Below, in pieces: positions 53,612-62,281 of a DNA stretch of 64,000 nt. A model generated the notes under the pieces. That model did no database searches and was not told the origin of the DNA. It saw only the letters and a list, made by a program, of their open reading frames with translations. The DNA is from an uncultured Chloroflexia bacterium (lineage in GTDB: Bacteria; Chloroflexota; Limnocylindria; Limnocylindrales; CSP1-4): contig CAVVDB010000005.1 of assembly GCA_963746865.1 (NCBI GenBank), positions 89,437-153,436 on the forward strand, given 5' to 3'. The position numbers and the translations under genes are program-made. Each line of letters opens with the position of its first letter. Position 1 is the first letter of the stretch.

Positions 53612-55318
53612 CTAGTCGTCGTCACCCATCCGGCGCATGTTCTGGACGATCCCCACGACGAGGATGACCAGCAGCACCACTAATCCGTAGTGGAGCAACG
53701 GGTACGGCATCTCGGGCGGCAGCATCTGCTCCGTCTCGTTCCGGAACGCCAGGACGACATACAGGAAGCCGCCGACCACCACGACCGCGAACCCGAGCGA
53801 CACGAGTCGACGACGGAAGGTCCGCATCCGGCGGCGGAAACCGAACAGGGTGTTGGTCGCCTCGACGATGACCGGCTCCATGCTCTCGGCGAACTCGACG
53901 AACTCGAGGGCGCGCTGGACCTGGCCGACACCGGCGAACAACCGGTCGACCGACCGGCGCGGGTCCAGCAGTGCCAGGCTCTGCTGGCGAGCCAGCCGGC
54001 GGCCGAAGTGGCGGACGTTCTCGGACAGGTCGTACTCGACCGCGAGCTGGTGACGGAGCGACCCCAGCGTCACCTGCATCTTGAGGTACGAGACGATGCT
54101 CGCCGACATCGTCAGCTCGTGGACGCGAATGGTCTGCAGGATATCCACGGCGAGCTTGGAATAGGGGTTTTCGGCTGGGCTCCGGGTCGGCCCAGGCGCG
54201 CCTGCCGTGACCCTCGTCCGGCCCGCGACGGTGTCGTACAGGAACGCCTGGTGGACGCGGACGAGGTCCCGGCTGGCAGCTGCCTGGTCCGTCGCGGTAC
54301 CAGGCGCGAGCCAGCGCATCAGTTCGCGGACGGCGCCCTCGACCTCGCCGCGGAACAGCAGCCAGCTATAGCGCGTGAGCGAATCGCGGGCCCGGCCCGG
54401 AAGCTGGCCGACGATCCCGAAGTCGACGTAGCCGATCGCGTCACCGGGCAGGACGAACAGGTTGGCCGGGTGCAGATCGGCGTGGAAATAGCCGAACACG
54501 AAAACCTGGTTCAGCATGTTCCAGTCGAGGTGCCGGACGATCCGGTCGAGGTCGTGCCCGCTGGCCTCCAGGGCGTCGAGGTAGGCCTGGTCGCCAGTTC
54601 GCTTGGCGATCATGATCTCGATGAGCGGGATGCCCTCGATCAGCTCCGTGGTGAGCACCCGGGACGTGGTGTAGTCGCGGTAGACGCGCGCGATCCGCTC
54701 GTGTCGGTCTCCGCGCGAATGCTCCCAGAGCAGGACGGCCTGGCGAGCCTCGACGAGGTAGTCGAGTTCGTCGGCGGTCCAGCGTGCGAACTCGTCGATG
54801 ACCTCGCGGCTCCGCGTCGCCCCGAACAGGTGGAGCCAGTCGAGCAGCCAGCCCATCGCGTACATCAGGTCGATGTCGGCCTTGAGCGTCTCGCGGATGC
54901 CGGGGCGCTGGACCTTGACCGCGACCCACGCACCGTTGTGGAGGACCGCGCGATGGACCTGGCCGATCGAGGCGGCCGCGAACGAGTCCTGGTCGAACGA
55001 CCGGAAGATGGCCTCCGGCTCATCGCCCAGTTCCTGACGGACGATCTCGCGGACGTCGGCGTACTGGAACGGCGCGACCTGGTTCAGCAGCCTGAACAGC
55101 TCGTCGCAATAGGCCGCCGGGAGCAAGTCGAACCGCAGCGCGAGCATCTGACCAAGCTTGATCCACGCCCCGCCCAGGCCCTCGAAGGCTAGGCGCATCC
55201 GGACAGGCCCGCTGCGTCGATCGGCTCCCGGTAGATGCAGCGCGGGCGCGATGAAGTAGCGGAAGAAGATCGCGAGGACGTGCCAGACCCGCCGAGGGTG
55301 CCTGAACAGCGTTCTCAT
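53612..55318 (-). CDS. ABC1/UbiB (AarF) family atypical kinase with C-terminal TM helices
   Basis: 568 aa: [63 protein letters not shown]. Confidence 0.9.
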   Translation of the reverse strand: MRTLFRHPRRVWHVLAIFFRYFIAPALHLPGADRRSGPVRMRLAFEGLGGAWIKLGQMLALRFDLLPAAYCDELFRLLNQVAPFQYADVREIVRQELGDEPEAIFRSFDQDSFAAASIGQVHRAVLHNGAWVAVKVQRPGIRETLKADIDLMYAMGWLLDWLHLFGATRSREVIDEFARWTADELDYLVEARQAVLLWEHSRGDRHERIARVYRDYTTSRVLTTELIEGIPLIEIMIAKRTGDQAYLDALEASGHDLDRIVRHLDWNMLNQVFVFGYFHADLHPANLFVLPGDAIGYVDFGIVGQLPGRARDSLTRYSWLLFRGEVEGAVRELMRWLAPGTATDQAAASRDLVRVHQAFLYDTVAGRTRVTAGAPGPTRSPAENPYSKLAVDILQTIRVHELTMSASIVSYLKMQVTLGSLRHQLAVEYDLSENVRHFGRRLARQQSLALLDPRRSVDRLFAGVGQVQRALEFVEFAESMEPVIVEATNTLFGFRRRMRTFRRRLVSLGFAVVVVGGFLYVVLAFRNETEQMLPPEMPYPLLHYGLVVLLVILVVGIVQNMRRMGDDD

Positions 55319-55360
55319 CAGGCGAGCGCTAGGAGACGCCCGCGTCCGGAACTAGGGCCT

Positions 55361-55780
55361 TCACGAACCCTCGTCATCCAGCGAGACCCGGCGACGGCGG
55401 GTCGGGAGGCTCGTCTCCTCCTCCCACTCGCGTCCGGCGCGGACCAGTTCCGCGAAGGACCGGCGGGAGAACCGGTAGAGCAGCGCCATCGCCCCCTCGG
55501 CCGCCAGCTGCGTCTCGCGGCCGGCACGCATCCCCATCCGGACGGTCTCCGCGATCCGCGCCTCGCTCTCGTCGAACGCCTCGGACAGGCGCCGCTGGCG
55601 GACCCGTTGCGCGTACTCTGCCCGCTCCTCCGCGGTCGGGCCTTTCAGCCACGCCTCGCGGCGTCGCTTCTCGGCGACGGCCCATGCCTCGATCTCTTCT
55701 TCGGTCGGCTCGACCGGCAGGGCCTCATCCGCTCCTGCGTCCGCCGACGCCATGACCTTCGGATCAGTCATCTCCATCAC
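55361..55780 (-). CDS. Hypothetical protein (charged, helical)
   Basis: 139-aa ORF: MMEMTDPKVMASADAGADEALPVEPTEEEIEAWAVAEKRRREAWLKGPTAEERAEYAQRV... No family recognised. Confidence 0.5.
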   Translation of the reverse strand: MMEMTDPKVMASADAGADEALPVEPTEEEIEAWAVAEKRRREAWLKGPTAEERAEYAQRVRQRRLSEAFDESEARIAETVRMGMRAGRETQLAAEGAMALLYRFSRRSFAELVRAGREWEEETSLPTRRRRVSLDDEGS

Positions 55781-55869
55781 CCCTGGATCCTGGTTTCCGA
55801 TCGCTCGTCATCGTCGAACGGCGAGTGTACCCCCGCTCCGGGGTGGGAGGGACCCCACTGGGTCCCGGT

Positions 55870-57383
55870 TCATCCGCCGGACAGGTCGAACCAGGTCGTC
55901 TTGAGCTGGGTATAGCCGTCGAGCGCGTGGAGGCTCTTGTCGCGCCCAAAGCCGGACTGCTTGAAGCCGCCGAACGGGACGGTGATGTCCGCCGTGTCGA
56001 ACGTGTTGACGTAGACGATCCCGGCCCGGATCCGGCGCGCCAGCCGGTGGGCGCGGTTCACGTCACGGGTCCACAGCCCGGCCGCCAGCCCGAAGGGCGT
56101 GTCGTTGGCGATGGCGAGGGCCTCGTCCTCGTCGTCGAACGCGGTGACGGTCAGGATCGGGCCGAAGATCTCCTCGCGCGCGATGCGCATCGTGTTGGCG
56201 ACGCCATCGAGGATGGTCGGTTCGACGTAGTAGCCGCCGCTCTCCTCCCGGACGCGCCGGCCGCCCGAGACGAGGTGCGCGCCCTCCTCGCGGCCGAGGT
56301 CCACGTAGCCCAGGACCTTGGCCAGCTGCCGGTCATCCACGATGGAACCGAGCCGCGTCCGCGGGTCGAGCGGTTCGCCCGGTGCGAGCTTCCGGCCGAG
56401 GCCGGCGATCCGCTCGACCAGGTCGTCGCGGATCGAGCGGTGGACGAGGAGGCGCGATCCGGCGTTGCAGGTCTGCCCGCTGTTGTAGAAGATCCCCCAG
56501 CCGATCGCCGAGGCGGCCGCGTCAAGATCGCCGACGTCGGCGAGCACCACCTGCGGGCTCTTGCCGCCGAGTTCGAGCGAGATGGCCTTGACATCGGAGT
56601 CGCCGACCGCTCGCAGGAGCGACTTGCCCACCTCGGTCGAGCCGGTGAACGCGATCTTGTCGACACGCCGGGTGACGGGCGAGCGCGTCGCCGATGACCG
56701 CGCCCGGGCCGGTCACCACGTTGAGCACGCCGTCGGGGAGCCCGGCCTTCGACGGCCAGCTCGGCCAGCCGCAGCGCGGTCAGCGGGGACTGGCTGGCCG
56801 GCTTCAGGACGACGGAGTTCCCGGTGGCGAGGGCGGCGCCCAGCTTCCAGGCCGTGATGATCATCGGGTAGTTCCACGGGACGATCGCGGCGACGACGCC
56901 GATCGGCTCGCGCGTGATGAGTGAGAGCGCGTCGGGCCCGGTCGGACCGACTTCGCCGTAGGCCTTGTCGATGGTCTCGGCATACCACTGGAAGGTCGTG
57001 GCCGCGCTCGGGATGTCGACCCGCAACGTGTCGCGGATCGGCTTGCCGACGTCGAGCGACTCGAGCAACGCCAGCTCGTCGAGATGCTCGCGGACGAGGT
57101 CGGCAAGGCGAAGCAGGACGCGCTTTCGCGCGGCCGGCGGCTGGTCTGACCAGCGTCGATCATCGAAGGCTCGGCGAGCGGCGGCGACGGCCAGAGCGAC
57201 GTCCTCGATGCCGCCCTCGGCCACGATCGCGATCCGGGATCCGTCGCGACCCGCGATGTCGTCGAATGTCCGACCGGACGCGGCCGGGACGAAGGCGCCG
57301 TCGATGAACAGGTCGGTGCGGGGCGTGATCGCGGCGGCCCGGGCGAGCCACTCCTCGGCGGTCGCGGGCGCCCCGGTCGTCAT
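55870..57383 (-). pseudogene. NAD(P)-dependent aldehyde dehydrogenase, in three frame segments (extra bases at about 56746 and about 56665)
   Basis: Segment 1: MTTGAPATAEEW..VAAIVPWNYPMIITAWKLGAALATGNSVVLKPASQSPLTALRLAELAVE. Segment 2: [27 protein letters not shown]. Segment 3: [50 protein letters not shown]... The ATG at 57383 overlaps the upstream stop (ATGA). Confidence 0.8.
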
Positions 57384-58486
57384 GCCGCGTAGCGCCGCAG
57401 CGCGTCCTCGTCGAGGACGATCCCGAGCCCTGGCACGGCCGGGACCCGCAGGAATCCATCGGCGTCCGGCCGGACTGGTTCGGCGAGCATGAAGTCGCGC
57501 CGTTCCGGCGTCCAGCCCGGTGGGTCGTACGGGAACTCGAGGAATGGCCCGCCACCCACGCCCGCCGCGACGTGGAGGTTCGCCAGGAGGCCGATCCCAT
57601 TCGTCCAGGTGTGCGGGGTGAACCATCGGTTCCGGGCGATGGCCATGTCGGCGATCGTCCGCGCGCGGAGCATGCCGGTCAGGACGACGTCCGCCTGGTA
57701 GACGTCGAACGCGTCGGCCTCGACCTCCGCCAGCCGTTCCGCGAAGGTCCGCGTCATCTCGCCACCGGCGATCCGCGTGCCGGGTGACGAGGCGCGAAGT
57801 GCGGCCAGCCCGGCCAGGTCCGTCCCGGCCAGCGGCTCCTCCACCCAGACCACGCCGTCGTCAGCCAGCCGGACGGCGATCTCCCGGGCCGCCGTCGGGT
57901 CGAGCGAGGGCGAGGTGTCGCCGGCCATCCGCCAGCCCTGGTTCAGGTCGACCATGATCGCCATCGTGTCGCCCACCGCGGCGCGCGTCGCCGTCACAGC
58001 GGCAAGCCCCTGGTCGAGCCGTCGGGGATCGATCCGGATCTTGAGCGCCTTGAACCCCTCGTCACGCATCCGAAGCGCGGCCTCGGCGCGGGCGGCGGGC
58101 GGCAGCAGCATCCCGCACGACGCATAGACCGGCAGCCCATCCGTCGCGCCGCCGAACAGCGTGGCCACCGGCAGTCCGGCGACCTGTCCGACGATGTCCC
58201 ACAGCGCGACCTCGAGCGGCCAGTAGCGACCCGCATGGAAGTCGATCGTCTCGAGCGTCCGGACGTGCCTGGCGATGGCCAGCGGATCGCCGCCGATGAA
58301 CAGGTGCTCGAACGCCTCGAACCCGTCCATCGTGTCGCCCGACCCGATGCCCACGACCCCCTCGTCGGTCTCGACCCGAACGATCGTGGCCGAGAACGAC
58401 CGGCGCGGGACCGGGTCCCAGGCGGCCGGGAATGGCGGGTCGAGCGGCAGCAGGAGACGCTCGAGACCGATGCCGGTGATGCGCAC
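57380..58486 (-). CDS. Enolase-superfamily enzyme (mandelate racemase/muconate lactonizing family, MR-like subgroup)
   Basis: VRITGIGLERLLLPL..VRVETDEGVVGIGSG..FKALKIRI..MVDLNQGW..VWVEEPL..RIAGGE..DVYQADV..FTPHTW. I chose the GTG at 58486 as the start. The 25 codons upstream in the track ORF have atypical codon usage (tct, act, caa, cta). Confidence 0.8.
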   Translation of the reverse strand: MRITGIGLERLLLPLDPPFPAAWDPVPRRSFSATIVRVETDEGVVGIGSGDTMDGFEAFEHLFIGGDPLAIARHVRTLETIDFHAGRYWPLEVALWDIVGQVAGLPVATLFGGATDGLPVYASCGMLLPPAARAEAALRMRDEGFKALKIRIDPRRLDQGLAAVTATRAAVGDTMAIMVDLNQGWRMAGDTSPSLDPTAAREIAVRLADDGVVWVEEPLAGTDLAGLAALRASSPGTRIAGGEMTRTFAERLAEVEADAFDVYQADVVLTGMLRARTIADMAIARNRWFTPHTWTNGIGLLANLHVAAGVGGGPFLEFPYDPPGWTPERRDFMLAEPVRPDADGFLRVPAVPGLGIVLDEDALRRYAA

Positions 58487-58736
58487 GACGGGAGTATCGC
58501 CTAGTCGCAACGTGGCGGTTCGTTGACAGTGAGAGAGGGCGACAGTACCGTTCCGAGACACCCATCGTCCGGCTGGAGGAACGTGCGTCGGACGGGGTGA
58601 GGGGCTCGAAGACGACGCCGCCGATCACGTCGCCACCAGCTGCATGCCGGAGGAGATAGCGCGATGGATTATTCCCAGTTGGACAAGGTCCGCCGACGAC
58701 GCGGTGCCACTGCAACTCGACGTGGTCGAGGCGTTC

Positions 58737-60341
58737 ATGGCTGGACGTCTCAGCCGACGCGAATTCATCCAGCGAGCGAGCATCGTCGGCCTCTCGATGG
58801 GGTCGATCAGCATGATCCTCGCGGCCTGCAGCTCCCCAGCAGCGGCATCGCCAAGCGGCGGAGCTGCCGTCACTGGAGGCATCATCCGGGCCGCGGTCCA
58901 GCGCCCGGTGAAGGTCAACCCGATCACCATGGAGGACCTCGGCGGCTACGGCATCACCGCCCAGTCGTTCGAGTTCCTGTGCACGCAGAACACCATCGGC
59001 GACAACCCGGGCGCCCTGGCGCCCGGTCTTGCCACCGAATGGACGCCGAATTCGGACGGCACGGTCTGGACGTTCAAGCTTCGGACGGGCGCCACCTGGT
59101 ACGCCGACGGGTCGCCGTTCACGTCGGCCGATGTGGTGGCGACCATGGAGCGCCTCGTGAAGGCAGGGAACGCCGGCCTCAAGGGCGTCCTCGGTCCGGG
59201 CGGCGCGGTCGCGACCGACGCCCAGACGGTGACGTTCACGCTCCTCAGCGCCAACGGCAACTTCCCGTATCTCGTGTCGGTCTACAACGCCCAGACGCTC
59301 ATCACGCCTGTGGCCTATACGGCCGATACGAACTTCGACGCGAAGCCGAACGGGACCGGCGCCTGGAAGCTCAAGACCTACAACGTGGCGACCGGCGCCA
59401 CCTTCGAGCGCAACGACAAGTGGTGGGGCGGCAAGACGCCGCTCGACGGGACCGAGTGGATCTTCTTCGATGCCACCGGCCCGATGATCACCGCCTACCA
59501 GGGCAAGCAGGTCGACGCCATCGTCCAGTTCGACGTCCTGACCGGGGCGTCGCTGCTCGACGATCCGAGCTTCACCCTGATCGCCCAGCCGGCGGCCCTG
59601 CACCGCCAGATCTGGATGCGGACCGACAAGGGGCAGTTCGCCAAGAAGGAGGTCCGTCAGGCCCTCGCCTACTCGTTCGACCGGCCGCAGCTCGTCCAGC
59701 AGCTGTTCAAGGGCCGGGCCCAGCTCGGCAACGACCATGTGATCTGGGAGGGGTATCCCTACTTCGACGGTTCGGTCACCCAGCGGGTCCGGGACATCCC
59801 CAAGGCGAAGTCGCTGCTCGCGGCCGCCGGATCGCCGACCATCACTGCCACACTCCATGCCGGCCAGCTCCAGGAGATCCCGGACCTGGCGGCCCTGCTC
59901 AAGACCCAGGCCGCCGAGGCCGGGATCACGCTGAACGTGGAGGTCGAAAGCCTCAGCACGTTCTACGGGAAGCAGTGGTGCCCCGCCGACCCGAAGGACC
60001 CGCCGTGCTCCGGCGCCGCCGAGCTTGGCATCGTCGACTACGGCCATCGCGCCACACCGGACGTCTACCTCAACGCGGCACTCAAGACGAAGGGCGTCTG
60101 GAACTCGTCGCAGTACAGCTCAAGCCCCTTCGATGCCGCCTTCAAGGAGTTCCAGTCGGCCGTGGGCGTCAGCGCCCAGAAGGCGGCGTGCACGAAACTC
60201 GAGACGATCCTCAACGAGGACGTCCCGGTCGGGCTGCCGTACTTCTACAACTACCTCGCGGGCAATTCGAACAAGTTCAAGGGCGTCTTCTCGAGCGCCC
60301 TCGGGCAGATGTCCTTCTCCGCGACCTCCAAGGTCGCCTGA
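58737..60341 (+). CDS. ABC transporter substrate-binding protein, family 5 (peptide/opine/nickel type), TAT-signal lipoprotein
   Basis: MAGRLSRREFIQRASIVGLSMGSISMILAACSS (twin-Arg plus lipobox), then ..LATEWTPNSDGTVWTFKLRTGATWYADGSPFTSADVVATMERL... ATG at 58737 inside the track ORF. Confidence 0.9.
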   Translation: MAGRLSRREFIQRASIVGLSMGSISMILAACSSPAAASPSGGAAVTGGIIRAAVQRPVKVNPITMEDLGGYGITAQSFEFLCTQNTIGDNPGALAPGLATEWTPNSDGTVWTFKLRTGATWYADGSPFTSADVVATMERLVKAGNAGLKGVLGPGGAVATDAQTVTFTLLSANGNFPYLVSVYNAQTLITPVAYTADTNFDAKPNGTGAWKLKTYNVATGATFERNDKWWGGKTPLDGTEWIFFDATGPMITAYQGKQVDAIVQFDVLTGASLLDDPSFTLIAQPAALHRQIWMRTDKGQFAKKEVRQALAYSFDRPQLVQQLFKGRAQLGNDHVIWEGYPYFDGSVTQRVRDIPKAKSLLAAAGSPTITATLHAGQLQEIPDLAALLKTQAAEAGITLNVEVESLSTFYGKQWCPADPKDPPCSGAAELGIVDYGHRATPDVYLNAALKTKGVWNSSQYSSSPFDAAFKEFQSAVGVSAQKAACTKLETILNEDVPVGLPYFYNYLAGNSNKFKGVFSSALGQMSFSATSKVA

Positions 60342-60428
60342 CGACCAGCTCCGCGGGGGCGATGGCTTGGTCCATCGTCCCCGCCCGATGATCGCTTAGC
60401 CAACCGGACGCGACGGCGCGAGGGGCCG

Positions 60429-61382
60429 ATGGCACGCTTCATCTCGCGCAGGCTGCTCCTTTCGCTCGTCACCCTGTGGCTGCTCGCCACGATCGTGTTC
60501 GTCATCTCCAATGTCCTGCCCAACGACGTCGGGCGGACCATCCTGGGACCGTTCGCACCGCAGGAGAACGTCGACGCCCTCAACGAGCGGCTGGGAACCA
60601 ACCGCCCGATCCTGATCCGCTATGTGTCCACGATGGTCGGCATCGCCACGCTCGACTTCGGCGAGTCCTACGTCAACGAACAGCCGGTCCTGCCGCAGCT
60701 CTGGGACGCGATGATCCGCTCCGCCTGGCTGGCCGGCCTGGCCCTCCTCCTGACGGTCCCCGTGGCGATCGCGGCCGGGATCTTCGCCGCGAGACGGCGC
60801 GACCGAAGGGCCGACCGCGGCATCGTGCTGCTCGGCGTCACGTCGGCGTCCATCCCCGAGTTCGTGACCGGCACGATCCTGGTCATCGTCGTCGGCGTCC
60901 AGCTCGATCTGTTGCCGGTGCTGGCGACAGCGCCGCCCGGCGCCGACATCGCGACCCAGGTCCGGTACCTCCTGATGCCTGCCACCGCGATGGCCATCGT
61001 GTACTTCGGGTACATCGCCCGGATGACCCGGGCCGGGACGATCGACGTGCTCCAGTCGGACTACACGCGGACGGCGACGATGAAAGGCCTCACCTCGAAC
61101 CAGACGATGCGCCGCCACGTCCTGCGCAACGCGCTCATCCCGACGGTCGCGGTCATCGCGGTCCAGATCGGCTACCTGTTCGGCGGGATCATCGCCGTCG
61201 AGAAGATCTTCAACTACAACGGGATGGGAGCGACGATGCTGTTCGCCGCCGAGCGCAAGGATCTGCCGATGCTGACCGCCGGCGTCCTGATCATCGGCAT
61301 CGTGTACATGATCGCCACGCTGATCGCCGACATGACCACGGCCTGGATGAACCCCCGGATCCGGCTCGACGTCGAGCGCTGA
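60429..61382 (+). CDS. ABC transporter permease (DppB/OppB-like)
   Basis: 317 aa: MARFISRRLLLSLVTLWLLATIVFVISNVLP..YTRTATMKGLTSNQTMRRHVLRNALIP. Confidence 0.9.
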   Translation: MARFISRRLLLSLVTLWLLATIVFVISNVLPNDVGRTILGPFAPQENVDALNERLGTNRPILIRYVSTMVGIATLDFGESYVNEQPVLPQLWDAMIRSAWLAGLALLLTVPVAIAAGIFAARRRDRRADRGIVLLGVTSASIPEFVTGTILVIVVGVQLDLLPVLATAPPGADIATQVRYLLMPATAMAIVYFGYIARMTRAGTIDVLQSDYTRTATMKGLTSNQTMRRHVLRNALIPTVAVIAVQIGYLFGGIIAVEKIFNYNGMGATMLFAAERKDLPMLTAGVLIIGIVYMIATLIADMTTAWMNPRIRLDVER

Positions 61383-62281
61383 TGGACCTCCCGACCACGC
61401 CAGGGCCCGTCGGCCAGGCCGCCTCGACCGGCACCGGCCTGGTCTCGGAACGGTCGCAGGCCCGCCGCGAGACGATCCGACAGCTGCTGCACCGTCCGGC
61501 GTTCATCATCGGCAACATCATCATCATCAGTTGGATCATCATCGCCGTGCTCGGCGAGCGGATCACGCCGTACGACCCGTTCAACCAGTACTTCGTAGGA
61601 CACACTCCGCCCAACCCGGAGCACTGGATGGGCACCGACCGGCTCGGTCGCGACGTGCTATCGCGGGTCATGGTCGGCTCGCGCGACGTGTTGCTCATCG
61701 CGCCGCTGGCGGCCCTGCTCGGGGTCGTCGCCGGAACGCTCCTCGGCCTGATCATGGGCTACTACCGCGGACCCGTCGACGACGTGCTCAGCCGGATCGT
61801 CGAGGCATTCCTCGCGCTGCCGGTCATCCTCGTGGCGCTGCTGACGCTCGTCGTCCTGGGCACGTCGCCGCTGGTGGTCGTGTGCGTCGTGGGCATCCTG
61901 TTCACGCCCATCGTGGCTCGGACCGTGCGCTCGGCCGTGTTGTCCGAGCGGCAGCTCGACTACGTCATGGCGGCCAAGCTCCGCGGCGAGACCGGGTTCT
62001 TCATCCTGTCACGAGAGATCTTCCCCAACGTCCTCGGCCCCACCGTGGTCGAGATGACGGTCCGGTTCGGCTATGCGATCTTCACGGTGGCCACGCTGTC
62101 GTTCCTCGGCGTCGGCCTCCAGCCGCCATCGGCCGACTGGGGCCTGACCGTCGCCCAGGAGTATCCGAACATGATCTCGGGGGTCTGGTGGGCGACGCTC
62201 TTCCCGGCGATGGCCATCGCGAGCGCCGTCATCGCGGTCAACCTGATCGCCGATTCGCTGCAATCGGTCCTGGGCGAATGA
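61382..62281 (+). CDS. ABC transporter permease (DppC/OppC-like)
   Basis: The real C-terminal 299 aa of track ORF 60476..62281. It starts at the ATG in a TGATG overlap: ..HWMGTDRLGRDVLSRVM..YVMAAKLRGETGFFILSREIFPN... Confidence 0.9.
   Translation: MDLPTTPGPVGQAASTGTGLVSERSQARRETIRQLLHRPAFIIGNIIIISWIIIAVLGERITPYDPFNQYFVGHTPPNPEHWMGTDRLGRDVLSRVMVGSRDVLLIAPLAALLGVVAGTLLGLIMGYYRGPVDDVLSRIVEAFLALPVILVALLTLVVLGTSPLVVVCVVGILFTPIVARTVRSAVLSERQLDYVMAAKLRGETGFFILSREIFPNVLGPTVVEMTVRFGYAIFTVATLSFLGVGLQPPSADWGLTVAQEYPNMISGVWWATLFPAMAIASAVIAVNLIADSLQSVLGE

Noticed and set aside
58525-58546. Direct repeat GACAGT-N10-GACAGT in the enolase/ABC divergent region, considered as a regulator site
   Set aside because: Two copies of a 6-mer within about 250 bp are easily expected by chance, and no regulator gene is adjacent.
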